DNA of 64,000 nucleotides from Hydrolagus colliei (Eukaryota): NCBI GenBank assembly GCA_035084275.1, contig CM068752.1:8122001-8186000 (forward strand), read 5' to 3'. A program made the translations under genes and the position numbers. This document shows positions 30,983 to 40,364 of the stretch, one piece after another. Numbering within the stretch: position 1 is the stretch's first letter; every line of letters starts with the position of its first letter. Under the pieces are notes generated by a model. The model was not told the origin of the DNA and searched no databases. It was given only the letters and a program-made list of their open reading frames with translations.

Positions 30983-33388
30983 ATGGCGAATGCGCTCAGC
31001 TGCGGGCCGTCCTTCATTTTGCTGTTGTTTGTCTCGGACCTGGTATCTGGGCAAATTCACTACTCGATTCCCGAGGAACTGGAGCAAGGCGCCTTTGTTG
31101 GGAATATCGTTAGAGATTTGGGTTTAAAAATTGAGAAATTGTCGGCTCGCAAGTTCCGGCTGGTGTCTGATGACAGCCATCAGTATCTGAAGGTAAATTT
31201 TGAAAATGGGATTTTATTTGTGAATGAAAGAGTCGACAGAGAAGAGCTGTGTGGACAGAGCCCGACCTGTTCCCTTTCCTTTGAAGCATCGGTTGATAAT
31301 CCTTTGGAAATGTATTCTGTTAACGTAGAGATTGTGGATATTAATGATCACTCGCCGAATTTTCTGAAAGAAAAAATTTACTTAGAGATTGGTGAGTCGA
31401 TTGCACCAGGTGCGAGCTTCCCTCTCCAGAGCGCGCATGATGCCGATGTGGGCGTGAACACAATCAGTACTTACCAGATTAGTTCTAACGATTATTTCGG
31501 CTTGAATGTACAGACTACAAGTGATGGTGGTAAAATTGTGGAGCTGTTGTTGGAAAAGGCTTTGGATCGGGAGCAGGAGTCAACGTTTCAGCTTGTCCTA
31601 ATGGCAGTTGATGGTGGCAACCCACATAGGTCTGGCATAGCGGAGATTAGTATTATTGTGCTGGACGCCAATGATAATGCACCTATATTCAACCATGAAA
31701 TATACAAGGCAAGTATACCAGAAAATGCCCCGAAAGGTACCTCAGTAACACAAATCAAAGCTGCTGATTTGGATACAGGTACAAATGCAGAGGTAAAATA
31801 TAGTTTTTCTAGTCACTCTTCCGAAAGGGGGCGTGAGATTTTCCTGCTGGATTCGGAAAGTGGTGAGATAAATGTTAATGGAGATCTGAATTTTGAGGAA
31901 TCAAATGTGTTTGAACTCTATGTACAAGCGACAGACAATGGTGCATTTGCACTGACGGGTCGTGCCAAAGTTGTTATCAAAGTAATTGACGTGAACGATA
32001 ACGCCCCTGAGATAAAACTGAGTTCGACCTCACGTGTGGTCCCAGAAGATGCTGCAATCGGAAATGTAGTGGCTTTGATCAGTGTATCGGATCGTGATTC
32101 CGGCGAAAACGGACAAGTTCATTGCAAGATTCCAAGGAACATCCCATTCAGACTTGAAAAGTCTCCCAACAACCAATACAAGTTGGTTGTGGGCGAGGCG
32201 TTAGATCGAGAGAAAGAATCCTCGTACAACATCTCCATTCTAGCCTGGGATGGAGGAACCCCACCGCTGTCAGCAAACAGAACTATGTTGGTGACGGTTT
32301 CTGATGTGAATGACAACGCCCCAGAGTTCACCCAATCTTCCTATAACATTTACCTGATGGAGAACAACACTCCCGGGGCCTCCATATTTGCAGTGACCGC
32401 TTTAGACCCCGATGTGGACCAGAATGGGGAAGTCTCCTATTCTGTTGTGGAGAACCAGATCCAAGACGTGTCAGCCACCGCTTACATCAGTATCAGCTCC
32501 AACAGCGGGAACATTTACGCGCTGCGCTCCTTTGACTACGAACAACTGAAGCATTTCCAGATCAAAGTTCAAGCCCAGGATGGCGGGTCTCCTCCAAGGA
32601 GCAGTGGTGCCCTCGTGAATGTTATAATCCTGGATCAAAATGACAATGCGCCATTTATTGTTTCACCAGTAACACGGAATAACTCAACAGCGGTGGAGAT
32701 ACCACTGCGGTCAACATTCCCAGGTTATTTAGTCACTAAGGTGTTGGGCACTGATGCAGATTCTGGTCAGAACGCTCGGCTCTCCTATCAGCTGTTGGAC
32801 GCCACTGATCCCAGTGTGTTCAGTGTGGGGCTGCTCACTGGGGAGATCAGAACACTGAGAAGGTTGTTGGAGGAAGACGCCCCAACACAAAGTCTGGTCA
32901 TTTTGGTGAAGGACAATGGACAGCCCAGCATGTCCAGCACGGCCACTCTCCTCTTCTCACTCCTGTCCAATGCCACTGACATTGTGCCTGAAGAAAATGA
33001 CCGATTGAATATTCGGGACGATTTGTCGCATCTAAATCTTTATGCAATCGTCGGTTTGGGATCAACATCCTTTTTATTTCTCGTCACTATAATTCTGTTG
33101 GTTGCTATCAAGTATAAACAGGACAGAAATATCAGCGAAGGATACAGCTCAACAGTTTGTTGTTGTTTGAGTCAGGGAATTTCCGAGCATAACTTTAGTC
33201 GAAGGTCTGCACCACATCAGGCAATAAATTATTCTGGAGTTGGAGCTGAACCTTACCATTACAGTATTTGCTTATCGCCAGAGTCATCGAAGAGCGAATT
33301 TCTGTACCTAAAGCCCTACACTGCCACCTTACCCTACAGTGATGTCAGTGTTAACAATACAACCGCCAGACACGAATTTAAACAGTAA
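30983..33388 (+). CDS. g9: clustered protocadherin (group B), 801 aa
   Basis: Intact ORF with SP-6EC-TM-tail. Confidence 0.95.
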   Translation: MANALSCGPSFILLLFVSDLVSGQIHYSIPEELEQGAFVGNIVRDLGLKIEKLSARKFRLVSDDSHQYLKVNFENGILFVNERVDREELCGQSPTCSLSFEASVDNPLEMYSVNVEIVDINDHSPNFLKEKIYLEIGESIAPGASFPLQSAHDADVGVNTISTYQISSNDYFGLNVQTTSDGGKIVELLLEKALDREQESTFQLVLMAVDGGNPHRSGIAEISIIVLDANDNAPIFNHEIYKASIPENAPKGTSVTQIKAADLDTGTNAEVKYSFSSHSSERGREIFLLDSESGEINVNGDLNFEESNVFELYVQATDNGAFALTGRAKVVIKVIDVNDNAPEIKLSSTSRVVPEDAAIGNVVALISVSDRDSGENGQVHCKIPRNIPFRLEKSPNNQYKLVVGEALDREKESSYNISILAWDGGTPPLSANRTMLVTVSDVNDNAPEFTQSSYNIYLMENNTPGASIFAVTALDPDVDQNGEVSYSVVENQIQDVSATAYISISSNSGNIYALRSFDYEQLKHFQIKVQAQDGGSPPRSSGALVNVIILDQNDNAPFIVSPVTRNNSTAVEIPLRSTFPGYLVTKVLGTDADSGQNARLSYQLLDATDPSVFSVGLLTGEIRTLRRLLEEDAPTQSLVILVKDNGQPSMSSTATLLFSLLSNATDIVPEENDRLNIRDDLSHLNLYAIVGLGSTSFLFLVTIILLVAIKYKQDRNISEGYSSTVCCCLSQGISEHNFSRRSAPHQAINYSGVGAEPYHYSICLSPESSKSEFLYLKPYTATLPYSDVSVNNTTARHEFKQ

Positions 33389-33923
33389 CTTGGTATCGGA
33401 AGTGAAGGCTGTTCATTTCTGTTTAAAAAAACGTAACTCGGTATTTGTTTTGGGCTTGTGTAAAGATGCACCTAATACCTATATAAGATTGTTTTCCAGG
33501 AAAATTTATTTTTAGTCGTACTGCGGTTGCGACTGAGGTAAATTTAATTCGAAACGGATATTGCTTGAAATTTTCAGCGCTTTGTGTGCCGTGTGATTGT
33601 ACTGGTGACAGCGGGATGTTCGAATTTATTGTAAAAGCAACAGTTTATTCGCATGCCACAATTTCAAAGTTGAATGATTGATATGGATAACATATACTAA
33701 GAAGTAAACAGCAAATTGTTTTCCGAGTATAAGTGGGAAAACGTGAAGGTTGATAACATCACATATACAGACTCAGTGTGACTGCTCCTAAAAGTTTTAT
33801 TCGGTTAAAAATGTTTAATTAGATCAGATTTAGGTTCTAACATAATTAGGGACATCTGTATCACAGGATAAGTTTTGACAGTAGATGACAAAAATAAGGT
33901 TTCGATGATACAATAAATATCAG

Positions 33924-33993
33924 TCTAGCTTTAAGCAAAATGTAATGTAGTTATTGGTTGGACTCTTCGTGTCGCTGTATACCAATGAGGAGC
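33924..33993 (+). promoter_or_regulatory. CSE/CGCT-box promoter element of g10 (1-bp shorter spacer)
   Basis: TTATTGGTTGGACTCTTCGTGTCGCTGTATACCAATGAGG; one G is missing relative to paralogs. Confidence 0.85.
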
Positions 33994-34230
33994 CGAGACG
34001 TTGGCGGCGATCTACCCCCCTCCCCCACCACAAAAGGCTGAAGAGAATCGCAGCGAAACACCACAACAGTGCCTGCGTTTGTGCCGCGGAGACATTTTCA
34101 GAAAGGCAGATCTAGCGGTGTTCAAGGTTTCACATTAATATCATTATTGAATCGCTGGAAAACTTACATTTTCTAGTTGGGTAAAATGCTGCAACGCTGT
34201 TGGAAACAAAGAAAATCACAAAGAGGAAGA

Positions 34231-36639
34231 ATGGCGAATGCGCTCAGCTGCGGGCCGTCCTTCATTTTGCTGTTGTTTGTCTCGGATCTGGTATCTGGGC
34301 GAATTCACTACTCGATTCCCGAGGAACTGGAGCAAGGCGCCTTTGTTGGGAATATCGCTAGAGATTTAGGGTTAAAGATTGAGAAATTGTCCACTCGCAA
34401 GTTCCGGTTGGTGTCTGATGACAGCCATCAGTATCTGAAGGTAAATTTTGAAAATGGGATTTTATTTGTGAATGAAAGAATCGACAGAGAAGAGCTGTGT
34501 GGACAGAGCCCGACCTGTTCCCTTGCCTTTGAAGCAGCGGTTGATAATCCTTTGGAGGTGCATCCTATGGAGGTAGAGATTGTGGACATTAATGATCATT
34601 CCCCGAATTTTCTGAAAGAAAAAATTGCTTTGCAGATTTGGGAATCAAGTGCATTAGGAGCGAGCTTCCCTCTCGAGAGCGCACATGATCCTGACGTGGG
34701 CGTGAACACAATCAGTACTTACCAGATCAGCTCTAACAACTATTTCGGTCTGAAGGTACAGACCAGAAGCGATGGTAGTAGTAAAATTGTGGAGTTATTG
34801 TTGGAGAAGGTTTTGGATCGTGAACAGGAGTCAGAGGTTCAGCTGATTCTGACAGCGATTGACGCAGGCAATCCTCAGATGTCTGGCACAGCTATGATTA
34901 GTGTTACTGTGCTGGATGTGAATGATAATGCTCCAACATTTGATCATGAAATATACAGAATAAATATCCCAGAAAATGCACAGAGGCTTACCTTGCTGAC
35001 ACAAATCAAGGCTATCGATTTGGATGAAGGTAGCAATGCTGAAGTAAAATATAGTTTTTCAAGTCATTCTTCCGAAAGGGGGCGCGAGCTTTTCCTGTTA
35101 GATTCGGAAACTGGTGAGATAAGGGTTCAAGGGAATCTCGATTTTGAGGAGGCAAATATTTACGAACTGTATCTGCAAGCCACAGACAAGGGAACGCCCT
35201 CATTGGTGGGCCATGCGAACGTTATTGTCAAATTAATTGACGTGAATGATAACGCCCCTGAGATAAAATTGCGTTCGCTATCACGTGTGCTTCCCGAGGA
35301 TGTTAAACCCGGGACTGTGGTGGCTGTGATCAGTGCAACTGACCGAGATTCCGGTGAAAACGGACAGGTTCAATGCAGAGTTCCTATGAACGTCCCATTT
35401 AGACTTGAAAAGTCTCCCAACAACCAGTACAAGTTGGTTGTGGGCGAGGCGTTGGATCGAGAGAAAGAATCCTCGTATAACATCTCCATTCTAGCCTGGG
35501 ATGGAGGAACTCCACCGCTGTCAGCAAACAGAACTATGTTGGTGACGGTTTCTGATGTGAATGACAACGCCCCAGAGTTCACCCAATCTTCCTATAACGT
35601 TTACCTGTTGGAGAACAACACTCCCGGGGCCTCCATATTTGCAGTGACCGCTTTAGATCCCGATGTGGACCAGAATGGGGAAGTCTCCTATTCTGTTGTG
35701 GAGAAACAGATCCAAGGCATGTCAGCCACCGCTTACATCAGTATCAGCTCCAACAGCGGGAACATTTACGCGCTGCGCTCCTTTGACTACGAACAACTGA
35801 AGCATTTCCAGATCAAGGTTCAATCCCAGGATGGCGGGTCTCCCCCAATGAGCAACGTTGCCCTCGTGAATGTTATAATCCTGGATCAAAATGACAATGC
35901 GCCATTTATTGTTTCACCTGTAACACGGAATAACTCAACAGCGGTGGAAATACCACTGCTGTCAACATTCCCAGGTTATTTAGTCACTAAGGTGTTGGGC
36001 ACTGATGCAGATTCTGGTCAGAACGCACGGCTCTCCTATCAGCTGTTGGACGCCACTGATCCCAGTGTGTTCAGTGTGGGGCTGCTCACTGGGGAGATCA
36101 GAACACTGAGAAGGTTGTTGGAGGAAGACGCCCCAACACAAAGTCTGGTCATTTTGGTGAAGGACAATGGACAGCCCAGCCTGTCCAGCACGGCCACTCT
36201 CCTCTTCTCACTCCTGTCCAATGTCACTGACATTGTGCCTGATCCAAGTAACCATTCTTACATTCGGCACAATTTTTCGGATCTTAACCTTTTTGCAATC
36301 GTCGGTTTGGCATCAACTTCCATTGTATTTCTTGTCACTATAATTCTATTGGTTGTCATCAAGTGTAAACAAGATAGACATATCAGTGAAAGATACAGTT
36401 CCATAGTTTGCTGTTGTTTGGGTAAGGAGATTTCTGTTGATAACTATAATCGAGGGCCTGCATCACATCAAGCCATAAATTACTCTGGAGTTGGAGCTGA
36501 ACCTTACCACTACAGTATTTGCTTATCTCCAGAATCATCGAAGAGCGAATTCCTGTATCTGAAACCATACACCGCCACCTTGCCCTATAATGATGTCAGT
36601 GTTAACAACACAGCTGTCAGACACGAGTTTAAACAGTAA
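34231..36639 (+). CDS. g10: clustered protocadherin (group B), 802 aa
   Basis: Homologous ATG at 34231; one extra Ser in EC2 (DGSSKIV, AGT duplication). Confidence 0.95.
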   Translation: MANALSCGPSFILLLFVSDLVSGRIHYSIPEELEQGAFVGNIARDLGLKIEKLSTRKFRLVSDDSHQYLKVNFENGILFVNERIDREELCGQSPTCSLAFEAAVDNPLEVHPMEVEIVDINDHSPNFLKEKIALQIWESSALGASFPLESAHDPDVGVNTISTYQISSNNYFGLKVQTRSDGSSKIVELLLEKVLDREQESEVQLILTAIDAGNPQMSGTAMISVTVLDVNDNAPTFDHEIYRINIPENAQRLTLLTQIKAIDLDEGSNAEVKYSFSSHSSERGRELFLLDSETGEIRVQGNLDFEEANIYELYLQATDKGTPSLVGHANVIVKLIDVNDNAPEIKLRSLSRVLPEDVKPGTVVAVISATDRDSGENGQVQCRVPMNVPFRLEKSPNNQYKLVVGEALDREKESSYNISILAWDGGTPPLSANRTMLVTVSDVNDNAPEFTQSSYNVYLLENNTPGASIFAVTALDPDVDQNGEVSYSVVEKQIQGMSATAYISISSNSGNIYALRSFDYEQLKHFQIKVQSQDGGSPPMSNVALVNVIILDQNDNAPFIVSPVTRNNSTAVEIPLLSTFPGYLVTKVLGTDADSGQNARLSYQLLDATDPSVFSVGLLTGEIRTLRRLLEEDAPTQSLVILVKDNGQPSLSSTATLLFSLLSNVTDIVPDPSNHSYIRHNFSDLNLFAIVGLASTSIVFLVTIILLVVIKCKQDRHISERYSSIVCCCLGKEISVDNYNRGPASHQAINYSGVGAEPYHYSICLSPESSKSEFLYLKPYTATLPYNDVSVNNTAVRHEFKQ

Positions 36640-37166
36640 TTGTTTCGTGGTATTCATGGATGTATTGTCATGTTAAACATAACTAATATTCAAGGCAACA
36701 TTGTTTTGTTCGTTCCTAATCAGCCTCCTTGTATGCAAATCTGTTTTGTGTTGATAATAATCCCCATTGTTCCCGCTGTGCTTACGACTGCGGCAAATAA
36801 GATACTGATCGGATACTGCTTATTATTTGGAATGTTCTCTACTCTGTGGAATCTCCATTAATGACTAAGGGACGTTGGGAAATATTGTGGCAGAAAAAAT
36901 TGTTTGTATGCCATTATCTCCAAGTTGAATATCTGACATGGAATAAAATATAGCCAGCATTGGACAACAGTTATCTTCCAGGAATAACTAACAGTAATGG
37001 TTCATAACTTCAGGTATAGAGTGTCAAGGCTCATAAAATGGTAAATATTGTGGGAAAATATATGTTGTTAAATCATGCTATAATTGTAGGATAGCTCTGG
37101 CCAGTAGAACCAGAACATACAAAATGCGTGTAGAAAATAAGGTTTCGATTATACAATAAATACCAG

Positions 37167-37237
37167 TCTAGCTTTAAGGAAAGCGTAATGTAGTTATTGG
37201 TTGGGACTCTTCGTGTCGCTGTGTACCAATGAGGAGC
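37167..37237 (+). promoter_or_regulatory. Intact CSE/CGCT-box promoter element of the deleted gene g11
   Basis: TCTAGCTTTAAG..TGTAGTTATTGGTTGGGACTCTTCGTGTCGCTGTGTACCAATGAGGAGC. Confidence 0.85.
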
Positions 37238-37470
37238 AGAGACGTTTGCGGCGATCTACCCCCCTCCCCCACCACAAAAGGCTGAAGAGAATCGCTGCGA
37301 AACACAACAGTGCCTGCGTTTGCGCCGCGGAGACAGCTTCAGAAAGGCAGATCTAGCGGTGTTCAGTGTTTCACGTTAATATCTATAGTAGATCGCGTGA
37401 AAATATATATTTTGTAATTGAAGAAGAAGTTCAACGCTGGTGGTAACAAAGAAAATCACAGCGCAGAAGA

Positions 37471-38443
37471 ATGGCGAATGCGCTCAGCTGCGGGCGGTCC
37501 TTCATTTTGCTGTTGTTTGTCTCGGACCTGGTATCTGGGCAAATCCACTATTCCATTCCCGAGGAACTGGAGCAAGGCGCCTTTGTTGTGAATATCGTTA
37601 GAGATTTGGGGATAAAGATTGAGGAATTGTCGGCTCGCAAGTTCCGGCTGGTGTCTGATGACAGCCGTCAGTATCTGAAGGTAAATTTTGAAAATGGGAT
37701 TTTATTTGTGAATGAAAGAATCGACAGAGAAGAGCTGTGTGGACAGAGCCCGACCTGTTCCCTTTCATTTGAAGCATTGGTTGACAATCCTTTAGAGGTG
37801 CATCCTATTGAAGTAGAGATTGTGGATATTAATGATAATCCGTCAAATTTTCCAAAAGAAAAAATAACGTTGCAGATTGGTGAATGGATTTCACCGGGAG
37901 CGAGCTTCCCTCTGGAGAGCGCGGATGATCCGGACGTGGGCGTGAACACAATCAGTACATATCAGATCAGTTCTAACTGTCCAGAGAGTGGCCTGTCCAG
38001 CACGGCCACTCTCCTTTTCTCACTCCTGTCCAATGTCACTGACATTGTGCCTGAACCAATTGACCGATACAATATTGGGGGCGACTTTTCTAATCTAAAC
38101 ATTTATGTAATTGTCGGATTGGGATCAACTTCCTTTATATTTCTTGTCACTATAACTCTGCTGGTTGCTGTCAAGTGTAACCAAGACAGAAATGTCACTG
38201 AGGGGTACAACTTCACAGTTTGTTGTTGTTTGGGTCAGGGGATTCGTGACGATAACTTTACTCGAAGGCCTGCAGCACACCAACCTATAAATTATACCGG
38301 AGCTGGAGCTGAAATTTACCATTTGCTTTTCCCCAGAGTCATCGAAGAGTGAGTTTGTTTACCTGAAGCCCTACACTGCCACGTTACCGTACAGTGATAT
38401 GAGTGTCAACAACACAACCGCCAGACGTGAATTGAAGCAGTAA
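37471..38443 (+). pseudogene. g11: group B protocadherin with an in-frame ~1.4-kb deletion (EC2-EC6) and an 8-nt tail frameshift; ORF 37471-38352, 293 aa
   Basis: EC2 ...YQISSN joins via CPESG to the end of EC6 (LSSTATLLFSLL). TM is retained. The fossil tail continues out of frame to ...ELKQ* at 38443. Confidence 0.85.
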
Positions 38444-38632
38444 TTCCAAAGAGTGGAAAATTATTTGTGCAGATAGTTGGCATACCTTGAATAATATGAT
38501 TGAAAGATTTATTTGCTTAAGCTGATGCGTACATTTGTGCAGCCTGTCTATAATGCCACTGTGATTTTATTTGATTTCATTTTCTCTGAATACAGAGTTG
38601 GTTCATGAGTTTTGACAGATACTACGTTACCT

Positions 38633-38673
38633 GATGTATCTACCAATGCCTAACAGGCATTGGTAGATACATC
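38633..38673. repeat. Perfect 19-bp inverted repeat with a 3-nt loop
   Basis: GATGTATCTACCAATGCCT-AAC-AGGCATTGGTAGATACATC. Confidence 0.95.
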
Positions 38674-39533
38674 CCGATGGACTGGACTGTCTCCCCGAAA
38701 TTGAATGTAGAAGCAAACTATCGCATACATTCCAAGTACTAATGTGGAGCTTTGAAGATTAGTCTGCGCATTTATAGTATGTTTGGAAAATATCTGGGAA
38801 CTGTAAAATATATCTAATTCAAATTCCAAATGTATCGAAGTCTACACTAATCTAAATATTGAGATACAGTTTGAGGGCATGTATTTCCTAATGGCGATCA
38901 TATAATTACCAATATTTTGTATAAAACCTTTTATACAATCCAAAACATGGTCAAACGAGTCACTGCTTTTAGCACTCCTTTAAATCTGGGAACAACAGAA
39001 ACATATAAATTGCAGAACAATGCACGTCTAGAAACCTCATGTTTACGTAAAATATTTTCAGAAACATTGGTAGTATCAATGGTCGCCAACGAATTATCTG
39101 TGCAATTTGGTTATCTAAATAAAGTAGGCGCACATTTTACATTAGGAATGGTCGTTGCTCATTGTTGTTACATTTTTTTATTGGCTACCATGGCAGAAAC
39201 TTAGCTTGTTGCCCATGCTTATGTTTGATATAAGTGACTTGGAAAGTAGTTTTACGCAGAGCTCATACTCTTCAAATATCAGAAAATAGAGTAATATTGT
39301 TCTTTGTTTTTTCGTCTGTCTGTTCGTGCTCTGAGTAGATGTGAAATGCTTATTTCAGTACCCCTATAAGTTCAGGTTTAATTCACGGTTTACATCTGTT
39401 GTTAGAGCAACTTCGCAATATTTACAAAAAAATATTGAATTACATTTGATGTTTTCATTGATAAATGTTTGGCAATGTTGAGATTTCTAATGTACAAAAC
39501 ATTTTATTTCTGGTGTTTGTTCTTCCGGTTTGA

Positions 39534-39572
39534 ATATATATATATATATAGATATATAGATATATATATATA
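39534..39572. repeat. (TA)n microsatellite, interrupted
   Basis: ATATATATATATATATAGATATATAGATATATATATATA. Confidence 0.9.
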
Positions 39573-39754
39573 TTTATGAATGCATCTCACTGTTTTTTTG
39601 TGCAACTCTAATACTATGCATTATTTATTTGTGTGGTAAAATGTTCATAAATATGTAAAATCAAACTTAATAAAGAGTAAATTATTACAGATTGGCTGTT
39701 AGTATTTTTAGTTCCGGAGTGTAGCAATCGAGTTTCATTCTGGTCGCTCTAGGC

Positions 39755-40054
39755 CAGTTGTTCCCAACCTTTTTCAGTAATATAACCCTTGTTAATTTTC
39801 AACATAATCGTTTACCCCCATCCAACCACATACACGCCTCCCCCTCTTTCCACTTGCATTTCACGACCTAGCCTTTCTTATAACAAAATAACTAGGATAT
39901 ACAAAATGAGGGGAATAATGGTTAAATCTACAATTTGGAAGGCTATAAAACGCTAAATAAGAGAGCTAAATAAATCAATGTACCGCCTCCTGTACCCGCT
40001 GGAATTAATTGTGTATCCCCTGGGGGTACATGTACCCCCGGTTGAGAACCGCTG
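39755..40054. mobile_element. ~300-bp non-autonomous hAT (Charlie-like) DNA transposon/MITE
   Basis: TIRs CAGTTGTTCCCAACC ... GGTTGAGAACCGCTG (reverse complement CAGCGGTTCTCAACC). Imperfect 8-bp TSD CTCTAGGC/GTCTCGGC. Subterminal 18-bp palindrome GGGGGTACATGTACCCCC at 40022-40039. Confidence 0.75.
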
Positions 40055-40118
40055 GTCTCGGCAATGCACATCGCAGTTATTAGGAGAGATTCCTTGTATC
40101 GCTGTCTATAATAAGGTG
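40055..40118 (+). promoter_or_regulatory. Degenerate CSE of pseudogene g12
   Basis: GCAGTTATTAGG...TTGTATCGCTGTCTATAATAAGG: CGCT is kept, but ATTGG and CCAAT are both mutated. Confidence 0.7.
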
Positions 40119-40364
40119 ATGAAACCTGCCGGAGATGTCTCACACTCCCTCATTTTCAGTCGCAGATGAAAATCAGAGAAAGAGAGAGTATGTCTGCTTT
40201 TGCACAATGCTTGAGCGACCCTGTTCAGAATGACCTAAGCCACGTATCCTTCGGTATAAATTCAACATTTTGATACATTATAAACAATTTTTAAAATGTC
40301 GATTTGAAAAGAAATAAAGTGCAATTTTAGCCGTGCACTCGCTTCAAAATCTAATTTTGCAACA

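Larger units (their letters stand above)
14771..38443 (+). repeat. Tandem array of eight ~3.21-3.26 kb group B gene units
   Basis: Start codons at 14771, 18006, 21216, 24465, 27726, 30983, 34231 and 37471; spacers are recognisably homologous. Confidence 0.9.

Noticed and set aside
14771-38443. Regular repeat/variable alternation suggestive of a CRISPR-like or cassette-recombination system
   Set aside because: The units are kilobase-scale whole genes, each with its own promoter. I recognised no short repeat-spacer array, recombinase gene or recombination signal sequences.
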